From: Alphaproteobacteria bacterium | GTDB taxonomy: Bacteria; Pseudomonadota; Alphaproteobacteria; Rhodobacterales; Rhodobacteraceae | Length of the DNA: 64,000 bases | Assembly (NCBI GenBank): GCA_030429495.1 | Contig: JAUIFH010000012.1 | Span: forward strand, 1,896 to 65,895 | Reading direction: 5' to 3' | Translations under genes and position numbers: made by a program | Shown here: positions 35,832 through 47,192 of the stretch, piece after piece | Layout of the letters: each line of letters opens with the position of its first letter | Position numbering within the stretch: the stretch's first letter is position 1 | Notes under the pieces: generated by a model | The model's database searches: none | Told to the model about the DNA's origin: nothing | What the model saw: only the letters and a program-made list of their open reading frames with translations

Positions 35832-38117
35832 TCAGGAGTAGAGCGCGACAGGCGTTCCGGCAATCGCAGACATGTTGAGAAGTCCGCGTGCCGTGATCGA
35901 TGGCGTTACGATATGCGCGCTGTTGCCCATGCCCATCAGGATCGGCCCGACCTCCAGCCCGTTCGCCTTGAGCTTGAGCATGTTGCGCGCGGTGTTCGCG
36001 GCGTCGGTATAGGCGAAGACCAGGATATTCGCCGCACCCTCGATGCGGCTGTTAGGGAAAAGCCTGCCGCGAAGCTCGGGATCGAGGGCCGCGTCGGCGG
36101 ACATCTCTCCCTCATAGGCGAAGTCCGCCCCCTTTGCGCCGAGGATCGCCATTGCCTCGCGCATCCGGCGACCGGAATCGGTATCGAGGCTTCCGAAATT
36201 GGAATGCGAACAGAGCGCGACCTTGGGCGTCACGCCGAAGCGGCGCGCATGCCGCGCGGCGCCGCAAATCGTCGTGGCGATCTCTTCAGGGGTCGGCACC
36301 GCGTGCACATGCGTGTCGGCGATGAAAAGCGGGCCATCTTCCTGGATCATCAGCGACAGCGCGCCATGTGGGGTCAACCCGTCCCGCGCCAGCACCTGCC
36401 GGATGTAGTTGAGATGCCATAGATACTGCCCGAACGTGCCGCAGATCATGCTGTCGGCGTCGCCGCGATGGACCGCGATGGCGGCGATCGCGGTCGTGTT
36501 CGTCCGCATGATCGCGCGGGCCAGGTCGGGCGTCACCCCCTGGCGGGCCATCAACTCGTGATAGCTTTCCCAATAGTCGCGGTAGCGGTGATCGCTTTCC
36601 GGGTTCACCAGTTCGAAGTCCCGGTCCGGGCGGATCGGCAGGCCGGCCCGTTCGCAGCGCCGTTCGACGACCTCAGGGCGTCCGATGAGGATCGGCCTGT
36701 CGGTCATCTCCTCCAGCATCGCGTTGGCGGCGCGCAGAACGCGTTCGTCTTCGCCCTCCGCGAAGACGATCTGGCGTTGGGCGGTGCGGGCGGCCTCGAA
36801 GACCGGGCGCATGATCAGCGCGGATTTGAAGACGGAGCCTTCGAGTTTGCGCTTGTACGCCTCCAGGTCGGCGATCGGGCGCGTGGCGACGCCGGTTTCC
36901 ATCGCCGCACAGGCGACGGCCGAGGCGACGGTGCCGATCAGGCGCGGGTCGAAGGGCTTCGGGATCAGGTAGTCCGGCCCGAATGTCAGCTTCTCGCCGC
37001 GATAGGCGGCGGCTGCCTCGGCGCTTGTCGTGGCACGCGCCAGCGCGGCGATACCCTCGATGCAGGCCAGTTCCATATCGTCGTTGATCGTCGTGGCGCC
37101 GACATCTAGCGCGCCGCGGAAGATGAAGGGGAAGCAGAGGACGTTGTTGACCTGGTTCGGAAAGTCCGAACGCCCGGTGGCGATGATCGCATCAGGCGCG
37201 ACCGAGCGGACATCGTCCGGCAGGATTTCCGGTGTCGGGTTGGCTAGGGCGAAGACGATGGGCTGGCTGGCCATCTTCTTCACCATGTCCGGCGTCAGCA
37301 CGCCGGGACCGGACAGGCCGAGGAAAAGGTCCGCGCCGTCGATCACATCATCGAGCGTCGCGGCTTTTGTCCCCTGCGCATAAGCCGATTTCTGTGGCGT
37401 CATCTGCGCCTCGCGGCCCTGATAGACCAGCCCCTCTATATCGCAGAGCCACACATTCTCGCGCCTCACGCCAAGTTTCAGCAGCATGTCGAGGCAGGCG
37501 ATTCCCGCCGCGCCACCGCCGGTGGAGACAACCTTGATCTTGTCGAAATCCTTGCCCGCCACGTGCAATGCGTTGGTCGCCGCCGCGCCGACGACAATGG
37601 CTGTGCCGTGCTGGTCGTCGTGGAAGACCGGGATGTTCATCCGCTCGCGGCAGAGTTTTTCTACGATGAAGCAGTCGGGCGCCTTGATGTCTTCGAGGTT
37701 GATCGCACCGAAGGTCGGTTCCAGCGCGCAGACGATGTCGGCAAGTTTCTCTGGGTCGGGTTCGTTCACCTCGATGTCGAAGCAGTCGATGGAGGCGAAT
37801 TTCTTGAACAGGACCGCCTTGCCCTCCATCACCGGCTTCGAGGCCATCGCGCCGATATTGCCGAGGCCAAGAACGGCGGTGCCGTTCGACACCACCGCGA
37901 CGAGATTGCCGCGCGCGGTATAGCGCGAGGCAGTGGCGGGATCGGCCTTGATCTCAAGGCAGGCCTCCGCGACGCCGGGGGAATAGGCGCGGCTGAGGTC
38001 GCGGCCATTGGCCATCGGCTTCGTCGCCCGGATCTCGAGTTTTCCCGGCTTGGGGAATTCATGATAGTCGAGCGCGGCCTGTCGCGCGTTTTCCTGCCGT
38101 GCGTCTTCCACGTCCAC
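35832..38117 (-). CDS. maeB: NADP-dependent malic enzyme with C-terminal PTA-like domain
   Basis: [36 protein letters not shown]. Confidence 0.95.
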   Translation of the reverse strand: MDVEDARQENARQAALDYHEFPKPGKLEIRATKPMANGRDLSRAYSPGVAEACLEIKADPATASRYTARGNLVAVVSNGTAVLGLGNIGAMASKPVMEGKAVLFKKFASIDCFDIEVNEPDPEKLADIVCALEPTFGAINLEDIKAPDCFIVEKLCRERMNIPVFHDDQHGTAIVVGAAATNALHVAGKDFDKIKVVSTGGGAAGIACLDMLLKLGVRRENVWLCDIEGLVYQGREAQMTPQKSAYAQGTKAATLDDVIDGADLFLGLSGPGVLTPDMVKKMASQPIVFALANPTPEILPDDVRSVAPDAIIATGRSDFPNQVNNVLCFPFIFRGALDVGATTINDDMELACIEGIAALARATTSAEAAAAYRGEKLTFGPDYLIPKPFDPRLIGTVASAVACAAMETGVATRPIADLEAYKRKLEGSVFKSALIMRPVFEAARTAQRQIVFAEGEDERVLRAANAMLEEMTDRPILIGRPEVVERRCERAGLPIRPDRDFELVNPESDHRYRDYWESYHELMARQGVTPDLARAIMRTNTTAIAAIAVHRGDADSMICGTFGQYLWHLNYIRQVLARDGLTPHGALSLMIQEDGPLFIADTHVHAVPTPEEIATTICGAARHARRFGVTPKVALCSHSNFGSLDTDSGRRMREAMAILGAKGADFAYEGEMSADAALDPELRGRLFPNSRIEGAANILVFAYTDAANTARNMLKLKANGLEVGPILMGMGNSAHIVTPSITARGLLNMSAIAGTPVALYS

Positions 38118-38346
38118 TCCTCCCGCGAAAACTCGTTTAGTATTAAACTATCTTTTTACGCAACGGAAGCCCCCGTCGGCGGATACCCGTGACGCACCCG
38201 GGTGGCGGGGCGTCATCTCCTCCCATAGCATGTCCGGAGCGGGGTATGGCGGGAAATTCCGCCGGCCGTGTGCGATGGAATTGACCAAGCGATCTTGCAT
38301 CGGCGCGCGCGGGGGCGCAGTCTCGGGCGCGGATCAGGAGGATGAC

Positions 38347-38739
38347 ATGTCGCTCATCGACGCAGCGCGCGAGGTGCGCGAGAATGCCTATGCACCCTAT
38401 TCCAATTTCAAGGTGGGCGCCGCGGTTCGCGGCCGTTCCGGGCGGGTCTATTCCGGCTGCAATGTCGAGAATGTGGCCTATCCCGAAGGTACCTGCGCCG
38501 AGGCGGGCGCCATTGCCGCGATGGTTGCGGCCGGCGAGACAGAGCTGACGGAGGTTGCCATCATTGCGGATAGTCCACATCCGGTTTCGCCGTGCGGCGG
38601 TTGTCGGCAGAAGCTTGCCGAGTTCGGCCGCCACGACACGAAGGTGACACTCGCGACGATCGACGGAGCGGTTCAGGAAACCACGATCGGCGCACTTCTG
38701 CCGGCGGGCTTTTCCGTCGAGCACATGGACAGGGCCTGA
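38347..38739 (+). CDS. cdd: Cytidine deaminase
   Basis: AYAPYSNFKVGAA, CAE, PCGGCRQ. Confidence 0.95.
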   Translation: MSLIDAAREVRENAYAPYSNFKVGAAVRGRSGRVYSGCNVENVAYPEGTCAEAGAIAAMVAAGETELTEVAIIADSPHPVSPCGGCRQKLAEFGRHDTKVTLATIDGAVQETTIGALLPAGFSVEHMDRA

Positions 38740-38740
38740 C

Positions 38741-40048
38741 ATGGACGCCCGCTCTATCATTGCCGGCATTCGTGACCGGAAGGGGCTGCCGCGGGAAGCG
38801 GCTGTCTGGTTCGCGAACGGACTGGCCTCGGGCGATGTGACTGATGCCCAGGCCGGGGCCTTCGCGATGGCGGTCTTCCTGAACGGGGTGGGTGAGGATG
38901 GGCGCGTCGCATTGACCCGCGCGATGCGCGACAGCGGCCGCGTGCTTGAATGGAACCTGCCGGGGCCGGTCGTGGACAAGCATTCGACCGGCGGGATAGG
39001 CGATTGCACGTCTCTCCTGCTCGCGCCGGCGCTGGCGGCGTGCGGCGCCTGCGTTCCGATGATCTCCGGTCGCGGGCTTGGCCATACCGGCGGCACGCTC
39101 GACAAACTGGAGGCGATCCCCGGCTACCGCACGGATGTGCCCGTGGACGAGGTGAACCGCCTCGTTTCGGAAATCGGCTGCGCGATCGTTGGCGCCACGG
39201 CGGACATCGCACCGGCAGACCGCCGCCTCTATGCGATCCGCGACATCTCGGGAACCGTGGAATCGATCGACCTCATTACCGCCTCGATCCTGTCGAAGAA
39301 ACTCGCCGCCGGGCTTGAGGCGCTGGTGCTTGACGTCAAGGTAGGCTCAGGCGCGTTCATGAAGACGATGGACGAGGCCGAGGCGCTCGCCCGATCGCTT
39401 GTCCAAACCGCAAACGGGGCAGGCTGCCGCACTGCCGCGCTGATCACGGATATGAGCCAGCCGCTCGCCTCGTCGGCGGGCAACGCGCTTGAAGTGCTTG
39501 AGGTGATGGAGACGATGACCGGCGTTGCCATCAACCAGGCGCTTTGGGATGTGACGGTGGCGCTGGGCGGAGAGGCGCTGGCGCTCGCTGGTCTGGCCGA
39601 GGACGCGGGCGACGGTGCGGACCAGATCGAAGAGGCGCTGGAATCCGGGCGCGCGGTCGAAACACTGGGGCGCATGATCGCGGCGCTTGGCGGCCCGGTC
39701 GATTTTGTCGAACGCTATCCCGACCGGCTGCCGGCGGCCCGGGTGGTTCGCGATATCGAAGCGCCGTCCGATGGCTTCGTCGGCGCGATCGACGCTGAGG
39801 CGCTTGGGCAGACTGTGGTCCGTCTCGGCGGTGGCCGGCTAAGGGACGGCGACAGGATCAACCCTTCCGTCGGCCTGTCAGAGATCATGCCGGTCGGCGA
39901 ACCCGTGGAGGCGGGCGAGACCATTGTCCGCATTCATGCCGCGAGCGAGGGCGATGCCGAACGCGCGGCGGCCGCCATCGCCGCAGCGATCCGTATCGAC
40001 GAGGAAGAACCGGAGGAACCGCCGCTGATCCAGAAAAGGATCGGCTGA
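38741..40048 (+). CDS. deoA: Thymidine phosphorylase
   Basis: VDKHSTGGIGD, SGRGLGHTGGTLDKLE, SILSKKLA. Confidence 0.95.
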   Translation: MDARSIIAGIRDRKGLPREAAVWFANGLASGDVTDAQAGAFAMAVFLNGVGEDGRVALTRAMRDSGRVLEWNLPGPVVDKHSTGGIGDCTSLLLAPALAACGACVPMISGRGLGHTGGTLDKLEAIPGYRTDVPVDEVNRLVSEIGCAIVGATADIAPADRRLYAIRDISGTVESIDLITASILSKKLAAGLEALVLDVKVGSGAFMKTMDEAEALARSLVQTANGAGCRTAALITDMSQPLASSAGNALEVLEVMETMTGVAINQALWDVTVALGGEALALAGLAEDAGDGADQIEEALESGRAVETLGRMIAALGGPVDFVERYPDRLPAARVVRDIEAPSDGFVGAIDAEALGQTVVRLGGGRLRDGDRINPSVGLSEIMPVGEPVEAGETIVRIHAASEGDAERAAAAIAAAIRIDEEEPEEPPLIQKRIG

Positions 40049-41256
40049 TGGCGCGGGCTTTCCTGATCGTGATGGACAGCGTCGGGGCGGGCGGTGCGCC
40101 GGACGCCGCGCGGTTCTTCAACGGCGACACGCCGGATACAGGGGCGAATACTCTTGGCCACATCGCCGAGGCCTGTGCCGCCGGTCTGGCGGAGGAGGGG
40201 CGGTCCGGACCGCTCCGGATGCCCAGTCTCGATGCACTTGGCCTTGGCGCGGCGGTTCGGTTGGCATCGGGCGCCCGGATGCCGGGGTTCGATGCGGCGC
40301 CCCGGGGCCTCTGGGGGGCGGCGACCGAGGTATCGAACGGAAAGGACACGCCGTCGGGCCATTGGGAACTTGCCGGCGTGCCGGTGCCTTGGGACTGGCA
40401 CTATTTTCCCGATACCCAACCAGCCTTCCCCCAGGATCTTATGGACGAGGTCGCGCGGCTATGCGGGGCAGGGGGAACGCTTGGCAACTGCCATGCATCG
40501 GGCGTCCCGATCATCGAGGAGCATTGCGCCGAGCACATGCGGACCGGCTGGCCGATCTGCTACACTTCGGCCGATAGCGTGTTCCAGATCGCCGCGCATG
40601 AGGAAACGTTCGGCCTCGATCGTCTTCTGAAGCTCTGCCAGGACATCGCCCCCCGACTGCACGCGATGAAGGTCGGCCGCGTGATCGCGCGGCCCTTCGT
40701 GGGGGAATGCGGCAGTTTCCGCCGCACCACGAACCGGCACGACTATGCAATCGCCCCACCCGCGCCCACGCTTTGCGACTGGGTGAAGGGGGCCGGCCGC
40801 GCCGTTCACGCCATCGGGAAGATCGGCGACATCTTCTCCATGCGCGGAATCGACGATGTGAGGAAGGGCGCGGATTCTGACCTTTTCAACCATTTGCTCG
40901 ATGCCGCTGTGTCCGCTGAATCCGATTCCTTGACCTTTGCGAACTTTGTTGAGTTCGACTCCGCCTACGGCCACCGCCGCGACGTGTCGGGTTACGCCCG
41001 CGCGCTCGAATGGTTCGATGCGCAGGTTGCGGAGTTTCTCGCCCGGCTTGGTGAAGGGGACCTTGCAATCTTTACTGCCGATCACGGCAATGACCCGACC
41101 TGGACCGGTACCGACCACACCCGCGAACGGGTGCCCGTCGTTGGCTATGGCGTCGGACCGCGCGAGGTTGGGCAGGTGGCATTCACCGATGTGGGTGCAT
41201 CCGTCGCCGTGCATCTTGGGGTGAAGGCGCCCGGCCCCGGAAGGAGTTTCCTGTGA
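40048..41256 (+). CDS. deoB: Phosphopentomutase
   Basis: VMDSVG, GKDTPSGHWE, YGHRRD, TADHGNDPT, DHTRE. Confidence 0.95.
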   Translation: MARAFLIVMDSVGAGGAPDAARFFNGDTPDTGANTLGHIAEACAAGLAEEGRSGPLRMPSLDALGLGAAVRLASGARMPGFDAAPRGLWGAATEVSNGKDTPSGHWELAGVPVPWDWHYFPDTQPAFPQDLMDEVARLCGAGGTLGNCHASGVPIIEEHCAEHMRTGWPICYTSADSVFQIAAHEETFGLDRLLKLCQDIAPRLHAMKVGRVIARPFVGECGSFRRTTNRHDYAIAPPAPTLCDWVKGAGRAVHAIGKIGDIFSMRGIDDVRKGADSDLFNHLLDAAVSAESDSLTFANFVEFDSAYGHRRDVSGYARALEWFDAQVAEFLARLGEGDLAIFTADHGNDPTWTGTDHTRERVPVVGYGVGPREVGQVAFTDVGASVAVHLGVKAPGPGRSFL

Positions 41257-42236
41257 GCATGCCGAAGGTCGAGCTTCACCTGCACCTCGAAGGCGCGGCG
41301 CCACCGGCGTTCATCCGTGGGCTGGCCAAGGAAAAGAAGATCGACATCTCCGGCATTTTCGATGAACGGGGCGACTACAGCTACACCGACTTCTGGCACT
41401 TCCTGAAAGTGTACGAGGCCGCGACCGAGGCGCTGAAGTCGCCGGACGACTATCATCGCCTGACGCTCGCGGTGCTGGAGGAAAGCGCGGCCTCGGGCGT
41501 GATCTATTCCGAGACTTTTATCAGCCCCGACTTCTGCGGCGGCCGCGACCTTTCGGCCTGGCGCGAATATCTTCATGCGATCCGCGAGGCCGCCGAACAG
41601 GCAGAGAAGCGCGACGGCATCATCCTGCGCGGCATCGTCACGCCGATCCGGCACTTCGGGCCGGACAAGGCCAAGGAGGTTGCCCTCTGCGCGGCCGAGA
41701 CCGCCGACGACTGGATCGTCGGATTCGGACTGGCCGGGGATGAGAAATCTGGCAAACCCAATGACTTCTCATGGGCTTTTGATGCGGGGCGCGAGGCCGG
41801 GTTGCGCCTGACCTGCCATGCCGGCGAATGGGGCGGCCCCGATAGCGTCCGCGACGCGATCCGTGACCTGAAGGTGGAGCGCATCGGACACGGCGTCCGC
41901 GCCATTGAGGACCTTTCGCTTGTCGATGAGATCGCCGAGGCCGGCATCGTTCTGGAGGTCTGCCCGGGTTCGAATGTCGCGCTCGGGCTTTATCCCGGTT
42001 ACCGCGCGCATCCGATTCACGCGCTGCGAGAGCGAGGGGTTCAGGTGACGGTATCCACAGACGACCCGCCCTTCTTCCACACCACGATGGAGCGGGAATA
42101 CGCCATGCTGGCAGAGGCCTTCGAATGGGACGAAGGCGTGTTTTTCGACATCGCCCGGACGTCGGCGAATGCCGCGTTCTGCGACACTAATACCCGCGAC
42201 AAAATACTGAAGAGACTGGAGAAAGCGTATGCGTGA
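41253..42236 (+). CDS. add: Adenosine deaminase
   Basis: [25 protein letters not shown]. Confidence 0.92.
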   Translation: MSMPKVELHLHLEGAAPPAFIRGLAKEKKIDISGIFDERGDYSYTDFWHFLKVYEAATEALKSPDDYHRLTLAVLEESAASGVIYSETFISPDFCGGRDLSAWREYLHAIREAAEQAEKRDGIILRGIVTPIRHFGPDKAKEVALCAAETADDWIVGFGLAGDEKSGKPNDFSWAFDAGREAGLRLTCHAGEWGGPDSVRDAIRDLKVERIGHGVRAIEDLSLVDEIAEAGIVLEVCPGSNVALGLYPGYRAHPIHALRERGVQVTVSTDDPPFFHTTMEREYAMLAEAFEWDEGVFFDIARTSANAAFCDTNTRDKILKRLEKAYA

Positions 42237-42861
42237 GCATCTGACCGTCGTGACCCACCCGCTCGTGCAGCACAAGCTGACGATCATGCGCGACAAGGAG
42301 ACGTCGACAAATTCCTTCCGCCGCCTTTTGCGCGAGATCAGCCAGCTTCTCGCCTACGAGATCACGCGCGAGATGGAAATGACGACCCGCCGGATAGAGA
42401 CGCCGCTATGCCCGATGGATGCCCCGGTGATCGACGGCAAGAAACTGGCGCTGATCTCCATCCTGCGCGCGGGCAACGGGCTGCTCGATGGCGTGCTCGA
42501 ACTGATCCCCGCCGCGCGGGTCGGCTTCGTCGGGCTATATCGCGACGAGAAGACGCTTCAGCCGGTGCAGTATTACTACAAGGTTCCGTCCGAGCTCGGC
42601 GACCGGCTTGTCATCGCGCTCGACCCGATGCTGGCGACGGGGAATTCCTCTGCCGCCGCGGTCGATCTCCTGAAGAAGTCCGGCGCAACCAATATCCGCT
42701 TCATGTGTCTTCTGGCCGCCCCCGAAGGTATCGCGCGGATGAAAGTGGCGCATCCGGATGTGCCGATCGTGACGGCTGCGGTCGATGAGCGGTTGAACGA
42801 ACATGGCTACATCGTTCCGGGGCTAGGTGATGCGGGTGACCGCATGTTCGGCACAAAATAG
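42229..42861 (+). CDS. upp: Uracil phosphoribosyltransferase
   Basis: [27 protein letters not shown]. Confidence 0.97.
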   Translation: MREHLTVVTHPLVQHKLTIMRDKETSTNSFRRLLREISQLLAYEITREMEMTTRRIETPLCPMDAPVIDGKKLALISILRAGNGLLDGVLELIPAARVGFVGLYRDEKTLQPVQYYYKVPSELGDRLVIALDPMLATGNSSAAAVDLLKKSGATNIRFMCLLAAPEGIARMKVAHPDVPIVTAAVDERLNEHGYIVPGLGDAGDRMFGTK

Positions 42862-42927
42862 GCCAAAATTCCTTTACTCACGCCCCCCGCTTTGGCATCC
42901 TGACCCGAACAACAGGGTGAGGCGGCT

Positions 42928-43854
42928 ATGCAGGTATTGAAGGCGGTTTCGGTCGCGGTTTGCGTATTGGTCCTGACGGCGCCGTGGGCGACGGCGCAGG
43001 TTTCGGGACCGAAGGAAACCCCGCCGCCGGACTATGCCGGCAACCAGTATGTCGACAGCGACGGCTGCGTGTTCGTGCGCGCCTCGCTTGGCGGGGAGGT
43101 CGCGTGGATTGCGCGGCTCGGTAGCGACCGCAAGCCCGTCTGCGGGCATCAGCCGAGCTTGACGGCCGCCGCAGCGCTGCCCGCGCCTACTCAGACGGCC
43201 CCGACGGTCGCGGGGGCAGCGGCTGTTCCCACTCCGAAGCGGGTGGCCGCATCACCGGGCGTTACCGTCGAGAAGCCCGCAAAGCGTGCCGGCCGGGTGA
43301 GGCAGGACGGCCCCGTACGTCTGGTCCGGGCAGGTGCCATCGCGCGCTCCGACACCTATTGCGTCGAGAAGTTCAACCGGGCGCAACGCTTCCTTCTCAG
43401 CGATGGCCGGCGGGTTACGGCCTGCGGCGCTGGCGAAAAGCCGGACCCGGTCGGCTATCTCAACGGGCTCGGGGTGCCGGGCCTGAGCGTCTCCCCGGGC
43501 GCGCCGAGCGCGCAGGAGATTCGCCGTGCGGAGCGGTTGAATGCGGGTGCTTACCGTGTGGTCTGGTCGAACGGCCCCGTGAAAGCGGGGCCCGAGGCCG
43601 CGCGCATCACCGCGCCCTCGGGCGCGGGTGCGCGTCATGTGCAGGTCGGTGCCTATGCCGACCCGGCGAATGCGGCACGGACGCAAGCCGCGCTGAAACA
43701 TCTGGGCCTGCCGGTCGTGGTGCTCGCCGAATACAAGGGTGCAACGCGTATCCAGACGGTCCTGGCCGGGCCGTTCGACACGCAGGACGCGTTGCGCTCG
43801 GCATTGATCGCCGTGCACCGGAACGGCTACCGGGACGCGTTCGCGCGCGACTAA
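42928..43854 (+). CDS. Exported SPOR-domain protein
   Basis: Signal peptide; QYVDSDGCVFVRA motif; C-terminal VQVGAYADPANA..GPF SPOR domain. Confidence 0.82.
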   Translation: MQVLKAVSVAVCVLVLTAPWATAQVSGPKETPPPDYAGNQYVDSDGCVFVRASLGGEVAWIARLGSDRKPVCGHQPSLTAAAALPAPTQTAPTVAGAAAVPTPKRVAASPGVTVEKPAKRAGRVRQDGPVRLVRAGAIARSDTYCVEKFNRAQRFLLSDGRRVTACGAGEKPDPVGYLNGLGVPGLSVSPGAPSAQEIRRAERLNAGAYRVVWSNGPVKAGPEAARITAPSGAGARHVQVGAYADPANAARTQAALKHLGLPVVVLAEYKGATRIQTVLAGPFDTQDALRSALIAVHRNGYRDAFARD

Positions 43855-43877
43855 GGTGTGGCGGGTTGGCAGTGAAT

Positions 43878-43907
43878 CGGAATTCGAACCTTTTCGTCCG
43901 AATTCCG
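43878..43907. terminator. Hairpin between convergent genes
   Basis: CGGAATTCG-N12-CGAATTCCG. Confidence 0.4.
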
Positions 43908-43940
43908 GTGTGTGATGCCTTGTTCGACATCCGAAACGCT

Positions 43941-44936
43941 CTAGCTGTCGCAGATGCCCTGAAGCGCTACCCAGTCAGTGTCTGACAGAACAGGCTCGAT
44001 CGCCGGACCGTCGGCAGAGGTATCGCCGCCGGTTTGCCCGACCAGTCGGAGATAGGGGCCAACCGGCAGTCCGGCGGCACCGAACCGCGCGAGCAGGTCG
44101 GCTTCGGCTATAGGGGCGGGGGGCGTCGACAGCAGCTCCTCGCCATAGCCGGAAAGGGCGGCGGCCGACATTTCGCCGGTCGTCAGAAGCCGGATTGTCG
44201 CGCGAAGTCCGGCATGGCGAAGGATGCCGACGGCCGGATCGTTCGATTGCCGGCGAAGCTCTTCGGCAAGGATGGTGCCGGCGAGGGCGTCAGGTTCCGG
44301 TTGCTCCGCGACGTAGCGGCGCGGGATCACGATCAGATCGCCGGGAAGATGCACGGCGTGGTCAAGGCCGTCCGGCACGACGACAAGCTCTGTCGCGGGG
44401 GTGGTGATGCGATCACGCAGGCGCTTCAGCGCTTCGCGGCCCTCGGCTGCGGTGCAGGGGGGGCCGGAGAGTCGCACGAGATCGGCCAGCGCCATGCGGC
44501 CAATCTCGACGCGCTTGGCCATCGGTAATGCCGACGCGGTATGCTCGACGATCGCCCGCGGCATCCACAAGAGGCCGAAACCCACAACCGCGACCAAAGC
44601 GGTGCCTAGCATCAGCGACCGCAGGCGACCCGGATGCGGCCGCCGCGCCTCGATCAGCGCGTGGACCTTTCCGACTGCGGCGATCATCGCCTCGTCCTCG
44701 ATCTCCAGTTCCTCGCCGGCATCCTCGCCGGGAGAGTAGATCGCGGGCTTTCTGCCGGGATTGACGCGCTGCACCGCCGGCAAGGACCAATGCGCCAGCG
44801 CGCGGTTGTTGCGCGCGTCCGAGATGACGAGCGTCGCGTCACCGAACGACACGATCACGTCCCGGCGCTGGGCACCGGGTGCCTCGCGCCACAGGCCGGT
44901 GCATTCCAGCCGCTGATATTCCTTGAGCGCCGTCAT
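43941..44936 (-). CDS. Single-TM hypothetical protein with a degenerate M48-peptidase-like C-domain
   Basis: Start MTALKEYQRLE; central TM; HAVHLPG..LAGTILAEE lacking HExxH. Confidence 0.7.
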   Translation of the reverse strand: MTALKEYQRLECTGLWREAPGAQRRDVIVSFGDATLVISDARNNRALAHWSLPAVQRVNPGRKPAIYSPGEDAGEELEIEDEAMIAAVGKVHALIEARRPHPGRLRSLMLGTALVAVVGFGLLWMPRAIVEHTASALPMAKRVEIGRMALADLVRLSGPPCTAAEGREALKRLRDRITTPATELVVVPDGLDHAVHLPGDLIVIPRRYVAEQPEPDALAGTILAEELRRQSNDPAVGILRHAGLRATIRLLTTGEMSAAALSGYGEELLSTPPAPIAEADLLARFGAAGLPVGPYLRLVGQTGGDTSADGPAIEPVLSDTDWVALQGICDS

Positions 44937-45113
44937 CGGCGGGTAGGGCCTGCTCTCTGCCTCTGTTGCGGCGAGGATAGCCGATTGGCTGCGCGCGAAC
45001 AATCGCGCCGCCGTCCGTGACGGGCATGTCCGAATGCCTGATTTCCGGGCAGGTGCCGGCGCGAAGTCGCCTGCTGCCGAAAACCGTGCAGTTGTGATCC
45101 CAGGGCGGCCTTG

Positions 45114-45131
45114 CCGTCACAAATCGTTCAA
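45114..45131 (+). promoter_or_regulatory. Candidate Pho box upstream of phoX
   Basis: CCGTCAC-AAAT-CGTTCAA versus consensus CTGTCAT-A(A/T)A(A/T)-CTGTCAT. Confidence 0.55.
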
Positions 45132-45219
45132 GGGGGGCGTGCTAACGCAGGCGCGTTCGTTCCGGCCCCCGCGCCAGATGGGGCCGACGACAAGCGATAT
45201 CAGCAAGAAGGTGACCGCC

Positions 45220-47100
45220 ATGGATAAGAAAACCCTGAACGACCTGTCCTGGGACGAGTTCGACGAACTGCGCGACGCGCGCCCGGCTGCAACGGAGTTC
45301 GACAAGGTTGTCGAAAGCGCGATTTCCCGCCGTGGGTTCATGGGCGGCGTGCTCGCCTTCGGATCGGGCGCCGCTGCCTTCGGGTCCGGGCTGCTCGGAT
45401 CCGCCGGCAAGGCCGCCGCTGCCGGTTCTGCCTTCCCGTTCGAACCGATCGGCATCGCGACCGACTTCGACATCCACGTTCCCGCTGGCTACACGTGGAA
45501 GCCGCTCGTACGCTGGGGTGACCCGCTGTTCTCGGACGCGGCCGATGCCTACTCGCCGAAAACCGGCGTTTCCGCCGCGATGGCGGACAAGGTGTTCGGC
45601 GAGAATACCGACGGCATGGAGCTGTTCGAGGTGGACGGCAAGGAAGTGATCGCCGTCAATTCGGAATACGCGAACCCCGAGATCAATCTGCCCGAAGCGT
45701 CCGAAGGCACGCCGCAATCGGCTGAGGAAGTGATGCTTCTGAAGAACATCCAGGGCGTCACGATCATGGAAGTTGCGAATACCGGCAACGGGTATGAGGT
45801 CGTCGTCGACAGCCCCTATAACCGGCGCATCACGCATGACACCCAGATGACCATGGACGGCCCCGCCGCGGGCTCCGCACTGGTCCAGACCAAGGCCGAT
45901 CCCGAAGGCATGTCGCCCAAGGGTACGATGAACAACTGCGGGTCGGGCAAGACGCTCTGGGGCACCTACCTGACCTGCGAGGAGAACTTCAACGGCTACT
46001 TCGGCGCTACCGGCGACTACGCGGTCACGAAGGACCTTGAACGCTATGGCATCGGCGGCGAGGCCCGCTATGCCTACGAGAAGTTCGATGCCCGGTTCGA
46101 CCTCACGCAGGAGCCGAACGAGCCCAACCGCCACGGCTGGGTGACCGAGATCGACCCGACCGATCCCGCCAGCACGCCGGTCAAGCACACGGCGCTCGGC
46201 CGCTTCAAGCACGAGAACGCCGAAATGGTGCAGGCCGCGGACGGGCGTGTCGTTGTCTATATGGGTGACGATGAACGGGGCGAATTCATCTACAAGTACG
46301 TCTCCAACGGCACTTGGGCCGAAGGCCAGCCGACCGACGGCCTGCTGTCCGATGGCACGCTTTACGTTGCCCGGTTCAACGACGATCAGACGGGCGAATG
46401 GCTCGCCCTGACGTCGGAGACCACGGGGATGCCGATCGAGGAGGTTCTCGTCTTCTCGCGCATGGCCGGATCGAAGGTGGGCGCGACAACGATGGACCGC
46501 CCCGAATGGATCACCGCGAACCCGATGAAAGCCGAAGTCTACTGTGCGCTGACCAACAACAAGAATCGCGGCGTGAAGCCGAATGCGGGCGGTGATGAGA
46601 CCCCCGTCAACGGTCCGAACCCGCGTGAGACCAACAACTATGGTCAGATCGTGCGCTGGGCGCCCGAAGGCGGTGATCACGGCACCACGGCCTTCACATG
46701 GGATCTCTACGTGATGGCGGGCAACCCGACCGTCTACGACAACACCTATGGCGGTTCGGAGAACATCACCGAGGGCAACATGTTCAACTCGCCCGACGGC
46801 ATGGCCTTTGACACGACCGGCCTTCTCTGGATCCAGACCGACGGTGAGGACAGCAACGAGGGCGAATATGCCGGCATGGGCAACAACCAGATGCTGGTCG
46901 GTGACCCTGAGACCGGCGAAATCGCCCGCTTCCTGACGGCTCCTAACGGTGCCGAAGTGACGGGCCTCTGCTGGTCGGCAGACCGCAAGGTCGCCTTCGT
47001 CGGCATCCAGCATCCGGGCGGAAGCTGGCCTGACGGCCACGGCAAGCCGCGGTCGTCCGTCATCGCCGTCTGGCGCGAAGACGGTGCCACGATCGGCTAA
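45220..47100 (+). CDS. phoX: Alkaline phosphatase PhoX (Tat-exported)
   Basis: SRRGF Tat motif, TYLTCEEN, ALGRFKHE, MDRPEW, FNSPDG, IQHPG. Confidence 0.95.
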   Translation: MDKKTLNDLSWDEFDELRDARPAATEFDKVVESAISRRGFMGGVLAFGSGAAAFGSGLLGSAGKAAAAGSAFPFEPIGIATDFDIHVPAGYTWKPLVRWGDPLFSDAADAYSPKTGVSAAMADKVFGENTDGMELFEVDGKEVIAVNSEYANPEINLPEASEGTPQSAEEVMLLKNIQGVTIMEVANTGNGYEVVVDSPYNRRITHDTQMTMDGPAAGSALVQTKADPEGMSPKGTMNNCGSGKTLWGTYLTCEENFNGYFGATGDYAVTKDLERYGIGGEARYAYEKFDARFDLTQEPNEPNRHGWVTEIDPTDPASTPVKHTALGRFKHENAEMVQAADGRVVVYMGDDERGEFIYKYVSNGTWAEGQPTDGLLSDGTLYVARFNDDQTGEWLALTSETTGMPIEEVLVFSRMAGSKVGATTMDRPEWITANPMKAEVYCALTNNKNRGVKPNAGGDETPVNGPNPRETNNYGQIVRWAPEGGDHGTTAFTWDLYVMAGNPTVYDNTYGGSENITEGNMFNSPDGMAFDTTGLLWIQTDGEDSNEGEYAGMGNNQMLVGDPETGEIARFLTAPNGAEVTGLCWSADRKVAFVGIQHPGGSWPDGHGKPRSSVIAVWREDGATIG

Positions 47101-47118
47101 TCTACGGTGAGGAGTGAT

Positions 47119-47152
47119 GGCGGCGTCGCTTCGCGCGGCGCCGCCTTTTCTT
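47119..47152 (+). terminator. Rho-independent terminator of phoX
   Basis: GGCGGCGTCGC-TTCGC-GCGGCGCCGCC followed by TTTTCTT. Confidence 0.8.
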
Positions 47153-47192
47153 GTTCTTCGGGAAATGCCCTGACAGCCTGTGAATCCCCCGG

